The notes under the pieces were generated by a model. The model was not told the DNA's origin and made no database searches. It saw only the letters and a list, made by a program, of their open reading frames with translations. DNA of 64,000 bases, from NCBI GenBank assembly GCA_022072615.1, contig JAJVHS010000001.1, positions 47,713 to 111,712 of the forward strand, in the 5' to 3' direction. The stretch comes from Phycisphaerales bacterium (lineage in GTDB: Bacteria; Planctomycetota; Phycisphaerae; Phycisphaerales; UBA1924). How positions within the stretch are numbered: position 1 is the stretch's first letter; every line of letters begins with the position of its first letter. The position numbers and the translations under genes are program-made. This document shows positions 9,989-17,835 of the stretch, piece after piece.

Positions 9989-10852
9989 ATGAATCGATCC
10001 AAGGGTGTCGGTCTGTCCATGGTGGCCACCGGCGTGATACTGATCGCGGCCGGGCGTGCGCTGGCGGGGCACACGGTGTTCTCCGCTGGCGGCAGCGCGG
10101 AGCAGTCGTCGATCCAGGGTGTGGTTGACGCCTTCCGCGTCGCGGTCGGCCAGCCCAACCACGGGTCCGGAGGCGGGCCGTTCACGACCGGCCGCCGGGA
10201 GATCAACTGGGACGGCGCGGCGATCCCCGCCGATCCCGCGCACATGCCCGGGGATTTCTTCAACAACAACGTCAAGCGCGGCGCGTTGTTCACGACGCCG
10301 GGCGCGGGCTTCTTTGTGAGCCGGCGCAACCCCGGCGACCCGACGGACGCCAACCTGCGCTTCGGGAGCATCAACCCGGGCTACAGCGACGAGTTCGGCG
10401 TCTTCAGCTCGCAGCGGCTGTTCGTGGCCGACGGGAGCACGGTCACCGACGTGCTGTTCCGCGTGCCGGTCGCTCCCGATCTTGAGGCCACGGTGAACGG
10501 CTTTGGCGCTGTGTTCACGGACGTCGATGTCGCCGGGTCTTCACGGATGGAGTTCTACGGCCTTGACGGCAGCCTGCTCCACACAGAGTTCGTGCCCGTC
10601 TCGTCGGTCGCGCAGAAGGGGCTGTCGTTCCTGGGCGTGACGTTCGAGGCCGAGCGCGTGGGACGCGTGCGGATCGTGTCGGGCAACGCGGCGCTGGGAG
10701 CCGGGGTCAACGACGGAACGCTGCTGGATACGGGTGTCGTGGACGTCGTGGCGATAGACGATTTCATCTACGGCGAGCCCGTGCCCGGGCCCGCGGCCGC
10801 GACCCTCGGGTGCGCGGGGCTGCTGGCGTGCTCGATCCGCAGGCGCCGCTGA
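9989..10852 (+). CDS. secreted hypothetical protein with PEP-CTERM-like tail
   Basis: ATG 9989 is preceded by GAAGGAG. Signal peptide MNRSKGVGLSMVATGVILIAAGRALA. C-terminus PVPGPAAATLGCAGLLACSIRRRR. The upstream part of the 671-aa track ORF is antisense to the sigma/anti-sigma genes. Confidence 0.65.
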   Translation: MNRSKGVGLSMVATGVILIAAGRALAGHTVFSAGGSAEQSSIQGVVDAFRVAVGQPNHGSGGGPFTTGRREINWDGAAIPADPAHMPGDFFNNNVKRGALFTTPGAGFFVSRRNPGDPTDANLRFGSINPGYSDEFGVFSSQRLFVADGSTVTDVLFRVPVAPDLEATVNGFGAVFTDVDVAGSSRMEFYGLDGSLLHTEFVPVSSVAQKGLSFLGVTFEAERVGRVRIVSGNAALGAGVNDGTLLDTGVVDVVAIDDFIYGEPVPGPAAATLGCAGLLACSIRRRR

Positions 10853-10929
10853 ACGCGGGCGATAGAAGAGAGAGACCACGAGCTCACGACGTCTGCCCGC
10901 CCTGGGTTCACGGGCCGCAGGTGAGCAAC

Positions 10930-10955
10930 ACGCCCGGCGCGAGAGTGCCGGGCGT
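10930..10955. terminator. hairpin between convergent genes
   Basis: 9-bp stem acgcccggc / gccgggcgt abutting the tag stop codon. The U-run is weak. Confidence 0.4.
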
Positions 10956-10957
10956 TG

Positions 10958-11545
10958 TCATTTCCTGTCTCGCGCCGCCTGGCGGGGAGAGCGGAAGCAG
11001 TCTTGCGTGTGGTCGTTGACCAGCCCGACCGCCTGCATGTAGGCGTACATGATGGTCGACCCGACGAACGACATGCCGCGCTTCTTCAGATCCCTGGAGA
11101 TGGCGTCTGACTCCTCCGACGTCGGGCGGATCTCCCGGTGCGTCCGCGGCAGGTTGACGATCGGCGTGCCGCCGACGAAGCTCCACAGGTACGCATCGAA
11201 CGACCCGTGCTCCTTCTGGATGGCGAGGAACACGCGGGCATTGGCCCGGGCCGACCAGATCTTCTGGCGGTGCCGGATAACGTTCGCGGTCTGGAGAATC
11301 CGCTCGAGCTGGGTGTCGGTCAGCCTGGCGACCTTGGCGGGATCGAAGTTCCTGAATGCCTCGTGGTAGCCCTCCCGCCGCCGCAGCACGGTGTACCAGG
11401 AGAGCCCGGCCTGAGCGCCCTCGAGGATCAGCATCTCGAGGAGTGTCCGGTCGTCGTGGACGGGCACGCCCCACTCGCGATCGTGGTACTCGACGTAGTC
11501 GGGCTTGTCGAGGGGCACCCAGCCGCAGCGTGTCCTGGCGTTCAC
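10958..11545 (-). CDS. tag: DNA-3-methyladenine glycosylase I
   Basis: RCGWVPLDKPDYVEYHDREWGVPVHDDRTLLEMLILEGAQAGLSWYTVLRRREGY... matches Tag throughout. GTG 11545 lies 8 nt after AAGGAGG; TTG 11551 is the alternative. Confidence 0.9.
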   Translation of the reverse strand: MNARTRCGWVPLDKPDYVEYHDREWGVPVHDDRTLLEMLILEGAQAGLSWYTVLRRREGYHEAFRNFDPAKVARLTDTQLERILQTANVIRHRQKIWSARANARVFLAIQKEHGSFDAYLWSFVGGTPIVNLPRTHREIRPTSEESDAISRDLKKRGMSFVGSTIMYAYMQAVGLVNDHTQDCFRSPRQAARDRK

Positions 11546-11607
11546 GATCAATCCCTCCTTGCGCCAAAGACGCTACGCTCGCGGGAGCCAGTTTCCCGGG
11601 TGCACGC

Positions 11608-12474
11608 ATGACGTTCCAGGCCGCACTTGCCCGCATCGAAGCATATCTCACCGAGTTTTCGGGGAGGCCGGCGATGCCGCGGGCGTTAAGGGAAGCCATC
11701 GAGTACAGCCTGCTGGGCGGCGGCAAGCGGCTGCGGCCGCTGCTCGCGTGGGTGTGCTCGCAGGCTGTGGGCGGGCGGGGTGAAGCGAGCCTGTGCGCCG
11801 GGGCCGCGGTTGAGCTGGTGCACGCCTTCAGCCTGGTGCACGACGATCTGCCCGCGATGGACGACGACGACCTGCGGCGCGGGCGGCCGACGCTCCACGT
11901 CCGCGCGGGCGAGGCGATGGCGATCCTGGCGGGAGACGCGATGCTCGCGCTGGCGTTCCATGCGCTGCTGGAGTCGCCGGATGCGTCGCTCGCGGTGCGC
12001 CTGTGCCGCGAGCTCTCGGTCGGCACCGAGGGGATGATCGCCGGGCAGGTGTACGACACGCTGGGCGGGCTGCCCGAGACGGCCACGGGGCGCGAGAAGC
12101 TGGAGCTCATCCACCGCAACAAGACGGGCGCGCTGATCCGGGCCGCGTGCCGGATGGGGGCCGCGTGCGGCGGCGCCGCGGACGATTCGGCGGCGATGGC
12201 GAGCATCACCGGCTACGCGGACGCGGTGGGGCTGATGTTCCAGATCGTCGACGACGTGCTGGACGTCACCAAGTCGTCGGGAGAGATCGGCAAGCGCACG
12301 CACAAGGACGCGCAGGCGGGGAAGCTGACCTACCCCGGCGTGCTCGGGCTGGATGAATCCCGGCGAGCGGTCGCGGAGCTGGAGGCTCGGGCGATCGGGG
12401 CGGTGGCGCCGCTGGGTGCGGCGGCCGCGGGGCTGATTGAGCTTGCCCGGGAGATGGCCAAGCGCGAGAAATGA
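11608..12474 (+). CDS. polyprenyl (farnesyl/geranylgeranyl) diphosphate synthase
   Basis: First Asp-rich motif LVHDDLPAMDDDDLRRGRPT and second motif FQIVDDVLD. Start at ATG 11608. Product chain length cannot be called from sequence alone. Confidence 0.88.
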   Translation: MTFQAALARIEAYLTEFSGRPAMPRALREAIEYSLLGGGKRLRPLLAWVCSQAVGGRGEASLCAGAAVELVHAFSLVHDDLPAMDDDDLRRGRPTLHVRAGEAMAILAGDAMLALAFHALLESPDASLAVRLCRELSVGTEGMIAGQVYDTLGGLPETATGREKLELIHRNKTGALIRAACRMGAACGGAADDSAAMASITGYADAVGLMFQIVDDVLDVTKSSGEIGKRTHKDAQAGKLTYPGVLGLDESRRAVAELEARAIGAVAPLGAAAAGLIELAREMAKREK

Positions 12475-12574
12475 GCCGCGGTGCGGGCTGATGCGCCGGC
12501 CGCAATGAAATCGGCCACCGGCGGACGGTCCGCCAGTGGCCGGTGACAGCGGTGCTCAGCGTCGCGCGGGGTGA

Positions 12575-13624
12575 TCACTCGTGGTCCGCGGGCGTTGACG
12601 CGGTCTGGACGTGCAGCGCGTCGAGGATCTGCGACTGCCACGGGTGCTCGCCGAGCCACTCGACCTTGCCGGTGGCGATGTCGTAGATCGCGCCGACCAC
12701 CTTGAGCTTGCCCTCGCGGGCCATGTCGCGAAGCGGGGCGCTCGACCGGTAGAGATCGAAGATCGACTGCCAGACGTTCTCCTTGACCGAGGCCGCGGCG
12801 ATGGCCTGGGGGTCGGCGTCGGGCTGCGCCTTCTTGACCCGTTCGACGGCGGGAGTGATGGCCGCGACGAGCTGACCGATGTTTCCCGGGAGCGGCTGGC
12901 CGGACGCGGCGGCGGCGACGGCGCCGCATTTGGTGTGGCCCATGACGACCAGCAGCGGCGTGTGCAGGTGCTCGACGCCGTACTCGATGGTGCCGGTTTC
13001 GGCGGTGGCGGCGATGTTGCCCGCAACGCGGACGGTGAAGATCTCGCCCACGCCGCGGTCGAAGAGGCGCTCGACGGGGATGCGCGAGTCGGCGCAGGTC
13101 AGCACGGTCACGAAGGGCTGCTGACCCTTGTCGGCGGTTGACCGTCGGCGATCGGGGTCCGAGCTGGGGTTGCGGGTGTCGCCGGTGGCCCAGCGCTGGT
13201 TGCCTTCCTGGAGCAGTTCGAGCGCGCGGTCGGCGGACAGAACGCCTTCCTCTTCGGGCGCGGGAGCTTCCTTCTTGTCAGCAGACTTGTCACCGAAGAG
13301 TGGCTTTCTCGGGGAAGGGTCGGCGGACTTGGCGTTCTTGGCGGGCTTCCTGGCGACCGGTTCCTCGTGGTCGCCTTGGTTGTCCTTGGCCGGCGTCTTG
13401 CCGCGCGGGGGTTCGGTCGCGTGATCATCCTCGTGCGAGGCGTCGTCGTGGCCGCCCGTGCTCTTGGCGGCGTGATCATCGTGCCCGTCCGCGGGCGGTT
13501 CGGTCGCCCGCAGCAGGGCGTTCGGGTCCGCCGGTCCGGCAACGGCGTTGAGCGTCGGCCAGGCGGCGCCGACGGCGGTCAGCGAACCGGCGAGAATGAG
13601 CAGGGTGCGCAGGCGGGATTTCAC
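12575..13624 (-). CDS. beta-class carbonic anhydrase, exported, with acidic/His-rich N-terminal linker
   Basis: VLTCADSRIPVERLFD...VMGHTKCGAV beta-CA zinc-ligand motifs. GTG start. Signal peptide MKSRLRTLLILAGSLTAVGAAWP followed by about 110 aa rich in H/D/E/K/P. Confidence 0.88.
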   Translation of the reverse strand: MKSRLRTLLILAGSLTAVGAAWPTLNAVAGPADPNALLRATEPPADGHDDHAAKSTGGHDDASHEDDHATEPPRGKTPAKDNQGDHEEPVARKPAKNAKSADPSPRKPLFGDKSADKKEAPAPEEEGVLSADRALELLQEGNQRWATGDTRNPSSDPDRRRSTADKGQQPFVTVLTCADSRIPVERLFDRGVGEIFTVRVAGNIAATAETGTIEYGVEHLHTPLLVVMGHTKCGAVAAAASGQPLPGNIGQLVAAITPAVERVKKAQPDADPQAIAAASVKENVWQSIFDLYRSSAPLRDMAREGKLKVVGAIYDIATGKVEWLGEHPWQSQILDALHVQTASTPADHE

Positions 13625-13796
13625 TGGGATTCACTCCGGGTGTCGCGCGGGCTGGCGCGGCAATAACCGTCGGGCAGATCGGCTAAGGCCCCCCTGGCCG
13701 TGAGTGCCGGGGACGGGCCTCACGCACCGCACGATGGGCCGGGCGACCTGTGCGGTGTGCGCGGCCTGTTCGAGCGGCCCGGGCTACCTTTTCGCC

Positions 13797-15077
13797 ATGA
13801 CCTGTGCCCAGCATCTGATCGTCGAGAACACCCGACAGGGAAGCGTCCTCTCTCCGCGCCCCAACCTCCCGGCGCACCGGGCGGTGCTCGCCTCGCTGGC
13901 GGCGCTGCTGCTGGTCGTGTGCGGGCCGGCCCGGGCCTCTCGGCCGGAGATCGAGCAGCTCCTGCGCGACATCCAGGTCGCGGTGCTGGCGGGCGATCAC
14001 GAGGCGTACCTCCGGCTGGTCGACAACACAGACCCCGTGTTCTTCCAGGAACAGCGGATGTGGGCCGAGGACCTCAAGAAGATCGTGCCGACCGACTTCC
14101 GGCTGGTGATCCGCGAGGCGTCGGGCGCGGCCGAGAACGACTCCCCCGAGGAGGCCGGCGACAAGGAGAGCGGTGGTTCGAGCGAATCCGCCACGGGCGG
14201 TCACGACCCCGTCAAGATCGGTGACGGGACGGCGGAAGCGCCGATCGAGATGGTGTGGACGCTGCCCAAGGCGGAGAAGCCGCGGACGCTGCGGTGGACC
14301 GCGAAATTCCGCAGGGGCGACCAGGGCTGGCTGTACGCGGGCGAGAAGTGGAACAAGCTCGAGTCCGAGGGCGTGCTCGTGCTGTTTGACGACGGGCTCG
14401 AGGGCGCGGCCAAGGCGGTCGCAGAGGCGCTGCCGCCGGTGCGCAAGCACGTGGAGCAAGGGTTTGAGTTCGGACCGGATTCCCCGCTGGCCACGCGCGT
14501 GCAGCAGGTGAAGATCTACGGATCGATGCAGCACCTGCAGGCGTCGATCTACCTGAGCTACACCGACGGCATCGCCGGCTGGAACGAGCCGGGCGAGGCG
14601 ATCAAGCTGCTGGTCGGCCGGCGCACCACGGCCGACTCGCTCAAGCCGCTGCTCGCCCACGAATACGGGCACGTCGCCACCTTCGAACTGGGGACCGCCC
14701 GCATGCCGTGGTGGATCCTTGAAGGCGTCGCGGAGCTCTCGGCCGAGGCGTACGGCAAGAGCCGCGAGCAGAACGACAAGACCGTCCGTCACTGGAAGGC
14801 CACCGGCAAGCTGCCGCCCTTCGAGGAAATGGCGGAGTTCGACGACCGGGCCAAGAAGTGGTACGGGCAGGTCTACGGCCAGGGCCACCACATGCTCGGG
14901 TACATCTCCGACCGCTTCGGGAGCGCCAAGCGCGTGGCGTGGCTGCGAGCCCAGGCGCAGGGCGCGTCGCTCGACGACGCGACCATGAACGTGCTGGGGT
15001 TGAGCTTCGCCGACCTCGACAAGCAGTGGCGTGACTCGATCCCGGACGAAGAGAAGGCCCCTCAGCAGGGCACGTGA
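13797..15077 (+). CDS. gluzincin-like (peptidase MA-type) metallopeptidase, exported
   Basis: LLAHEYGHVATFELGTARMPWWILEGVAELSAE fits HExxH plus a downstream W..EG.AE as in the M1/MA clan. Start is uncertain: ATG 13797, ATG 13734 or GTG 13704. Confidence 0.55.
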   Translation: MTCAQHLIVENTRQGSVLSPRPNLPAHRAVLASLAALLLVVCGPARASRPEIEQLLRDIQVAVLAGDHEAYLRLVDNTDPVFFQEQRMWAEDLKKIVPTDFRLVIREASGAAENDSPEEAGDKESGGSSESATGGHDPVKIGDGTAEAPIEMVWTLPKAEKPRTLRWTAKFRRGDQGWLYAGEKWNKLESEGVLVLFDDGLEGAAKAVAEALPPVRKHVEQGFEFGPDSPLATRVQQVKIYGSMQHLQASIYLSYTDGIAGWNEPGEAIKLLVGRRTTADSLKPLLAHEYGHVATFELGTARMPWWILEGVAELSAEAYGKSREQNDKTVRHWKATGKLPPFEEMAEFDDRAKKWYGQVYGQGHHMLGYISDRFGSAKRVAWLRAQAQGASLDDATMNVLGLSFADLDKQWRDSIPDEEKAPQQGT

Positions 15078-15146
15078 ACAGTTCAGCAATTGCGTGAATG
15101 TGCGCGGCGTATGCGACTGCGCGACGCCGGGGCGTCCGCGCGGTGA

Positions 15147-16019
15147 TCAGCCGCCGACCGGGGCGAGCGAGAGCAGGTTCTCGCGGGTCGTGACGACCAC
15201 GCCGCCGGGCTTCTCGGAGGTGATGGCGAAGGCGGCGACATCTCCCACGCGCAGCTTGGCGGTGATTGGGATGATGTAGTCGCCGGTCGCGGGGTCCTTC
15301 TGGGCTGCGGCGATATCGAACACGCCGCCGTCGACGGGGAACTGCTCGAGCACCGGCTTGTCGGTCTGGCGGGTCTTGTCGAAGATCCAGAGCTGATACT
15401 GGAACGTCGCGGGATCGTTCTCGGCGAGGCCCTTGAGGCGGAGGAAGCCCTTCTGCTGCTGGGCGTTCCACACCACGTCGCCGCTCACGCCCGCGCCCGC
15501 GGGATCAGGCCCGGGCGACCACGACGCGGTGATCGTTCCCGGCGAGTTGATGAGCGCCGTCCGCTGCTCGGCGGGTGTCGGCACGATCGGGACGGGCACG
15601 GGCACCGGCCGGTTCTGGTAGGTGAAGACCGCGAAGATGATCGCCGCGGCGGCCGCGAGCCAGCCGATCATCCCGCCGACGGGGAAGGATGGACGTCCTC
15701 CGGGCATCGACGCCGCGGGCGACGCGGGACCGGAGCGGGTCGAGTCGTTCCCCAGCTCGGCAAGGCCCGAGGCCAGGAGGCGGTCGCGAAGGGACCGTGG
15801 CACCGGTGCGGCCCGGTCGCGCTGCATCATGACCGCCAGCGTCTCCGCGGCGGCGCGTTCGAGGCGAAGCTGTTCGGACCGGACCATCGCTCGCTGATCG
15901 GCGGGCAGCGCGGCGAGCAGGGTGTCCAGCTCCTGCTGCTCGGCGGGCGAGAGCGGACCGACCACCTGGTCCGAGAGGAGCTCGAGGATGCGGACGAGGT
16001 TGGGGTTGGAGGCGCTCAT
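15147..16019 (-). CDS. anti-sigma factor, RskA-like C-terminal domain
   Basis: ATG 16019 overlaps the sigma stop (ATGA). One TM helix (MIGWLAAAAAIIFAVF). The extracytoplasmic FQYQLWIFDKTRQTDKPV...FAITSEKPGG resembles the anti-sigma-K (RskA) domain. Confidence 0.7.
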   Translation of the reverse strand: MSASNPNLVRILELLSDQVVGPLSPAEQQELDTLLAALPADQRAMVRSEQLRLERAAAETLAVMMQRDRAAPVPRSLRDRLLASGLAELGNDSTRSGPASPAASMPGGRPSFPVGGMIGWLAAAAAIIFAVFTYQNRPVPVPVPIVPTPAEQRTALINSPGTITASWSPGPDPAGAGVSGDVVWNAQQQKGFLRLKGLAENDPATFQYQLWIFDKTRQTDKPVLEQFPVDGGVFDIAAAQKDPATGDYIIPITAKLRVGDVAAFAITSEKPGGVVVTTRENLLSLAPVGG

Positions 16020-16579
16020 GGCGCAACCTCCTTCACCGTAGACGCGGGGGCGAGCAGTTCGCGCAGCCGCATCAGGCCTCGGCGGATCCTGGTCTTGACG
16101 GTCCCCACGGGGATCTGCGTCACGTCGGCGATGCGTTCGTGCGTGAGCCCCTGGTACAGCGAGTACCACAGCACCTGCTGCTCGTCGCGGTCGAGAGATT
16201 CGAACGCGGTGGCGGCGGCCTTGAGGTCGTCGCGCAGGGCGGCCCGGTCCACGGCGTGGTGCTCGCGTTCCTGCGAGATCGGCGCGGTGGATTCGATGGA
16301 CGATGACCGGCGAGTCTGGGCCTTGCGCTGGCGGTCGGTCAACCGGCGGTGGGCGATGGTGGCGATGAAGGCGGGTTCGGACCCGAGGGAGGGGTCGTAC
16401 CGGCCCGCGCTCCGCCATATCTCGACAAAGACCTCCTGAACGGCGTCGTCGATGTCGTCCCCGAGGTACTTCAGATAACGCACTGCCAAGGCGTGAATCG
16501 TGCCGCCGTACTCATCGATGCAGCGCGCGACCGCCGAGGGGTCGCCACGGGCAATGAGCTGGAGCAGTGCAACCGCCAT
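16016..16579 (-). CDS. ECF RNA polymerase sigma factor
   Basis: DAVQEVFVEIWRSAGRYDPSLGSEPAFIATIAHRRLTDRQRK (region 2) and LWYSLYQGLTHERIADVTQIPVGTVKTRIRRGLMRLRELL (region 4). Confidence 0.88.
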   Translation of the reverse strand: MAVALLQLIARGDPSAVARCIDEYGGTIHALAVRYLKYLGDDIDDAVQEVFVEIWRSAGRYDPSLGSEPAFIATIAHRRLTDRQRKAQTRRSSSIESTAPISQEREHHAVDRAALRDDLKAAATAFESLDRDEQQVLWYSLYQGLTHERIADVTQIPVGTVKTRIRRGLMRLRELLAPASTVKEVAP

Positions 16580-16826
16580 GAACGGGGAGCCGGTTCCTTG
16601 AAGAGACGCCCACGGAGTCGACGGCCGGGGTCGCCGAGCCGCGTGATGTTCGCATCAAAAACACCCGCGGTTCGACAATCCGCGTCAAGGTCCCGTCCGA
16701 AGGGCCCGCAACGTCGGATTGAATCCCGGGCGACACGCTTCCCGCACCGTGCGGGGACGCGCTGGACATCGCTCGGTCCTCGATCCGATCCGGGCCGGTC
16801 TCAGGGACCTTCCAAGGAGAGATTAC

Positions 16827-17687
16827 ATGAAGAGGAACGCCGCCGCCATCGTCGGCATGGGTATCAGTGCGCTTTTCTGCGGCCACGCCGCCGCCGAGGG
16901 CGTGTACGGGGTGACGCTCCAGCAGACGCTGGTCTCATGGGACCACGCGTCGCCGGGAACCATCATGTCCGGTGTCCCCCTGTGGGGAATGGCGGCCAAC
17001 GAAACGATCCAGGGGCTCGACTTCCGGCCGGCGACCGGCGAGCTGTACGGCCTCGGGTCGTTCAGCCGGCTCTACAAGATCGACCGCATGACGGGGCAGG
17101 CGATGCAGGTGGGGGCGAACTTCTCGACCCCGCTCAACGGGTCGTCGTTCGGGTTTGATTTCAACCCCACGGTCGATCGCGTCCGGATTGTCAGCGACGC
17201 GGATCAGAACCTGCGCGTCCACCCCGACACGGGCGCGGTCACGGTCGATTCCGCGCTCGCGTACGGGGCCGCGGACTCCGGTTTCGGGATGAACCCGAGC
17301 ATCGTCGGCTCGGCGTACACCAACAACTTCAAGGGCGCGACCACGACCGCGCTGTACGGCATCGACGCGGCGAGGGACGTGCTCGTCCTCCAGAGCCCGC
17401 CCAACAACGGCGTGCTGACCACCATCGGGTCGCTGGGAACGGACGTCACGGACCTTGCCGGCTTCGACATCTCCGGCGTGACGGGCGTGGCGTACGCGGC
17501 GATCCGCGACGTGAACCTCGGGCGGACGACCTTCTGGACCATCAACCTGACGACCGGTCAGGGGACGATGCTCGGCGAAGTCGGCGGCGGATCTCTCATC
17601 ACCGCGATGACGGTGGTGCCCCCGCCGGGCGCCGCGGCGCTCGCGGGAGTCGCCGCGCTCGGGATGGCTCGGCGCCGGCGGGCCTGA
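16827..17687 (+). CDS. DUF4394 domain protein with PEP-CTERM-like tail
   Basis: ATG 16827 is preceded by AAGGAGAG, followed by a signal peptide. IQGLDFRPATGELYGLGS...FGFDFNPTVDRVRIVSDADQNLRVHPDTG is as I recall DUF4394. Tail VVPPPGAAALAGVAALGMARRRRA. Confidence 0.72.
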   Translation: MKRNAAAIVGMGISALFCGHAAAEGVYGVTLQQTLVSWDHASPGTIMSGVPLWGMAANETIQGLDFRPATGELYGLGSFSRLYKIDRMTGQAMQVGANFSTPLNGSSFGFDFNPTVDRVRIVSDADQNLRVHPDTGAVTVDSALAYGAADSGFGMNPSIVGSAYTNNFKGATTTALYGIDAARDVLVLQSPPNNGVLTTIGSLGTDVTDLAGFDISGVTGVAYAAIRDVNLGRTTFWTINLTTGQGTMLGEVGGGSLITAMTVVPPPGAAALAGVAALGMARRRRA

Positions 17688-17835
17688 GCAAGGCTCCCGA
17701 CGGCCGCGTGGCGCATGTCCCGACGGCGGCGTCGAAAGGCGCGTGATTCACTCCGCGCGCAAACGTGGAGGGAGAGTGGATCTGTGGTCCAGGGCTCGGG
17801 CAACCGGGCCCTGGGCTTTCAGCGACAGCGGCGGG

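Noticed and set aside
13683-15089. 468-aa minus-strand ORF opposite the HEYGH peptidase gene
   Set aside because: Arg/Leu/Pro-rich shadow ORF. The plus-strand frame carries a metalloprotease motif and a signal-like N-terminus.
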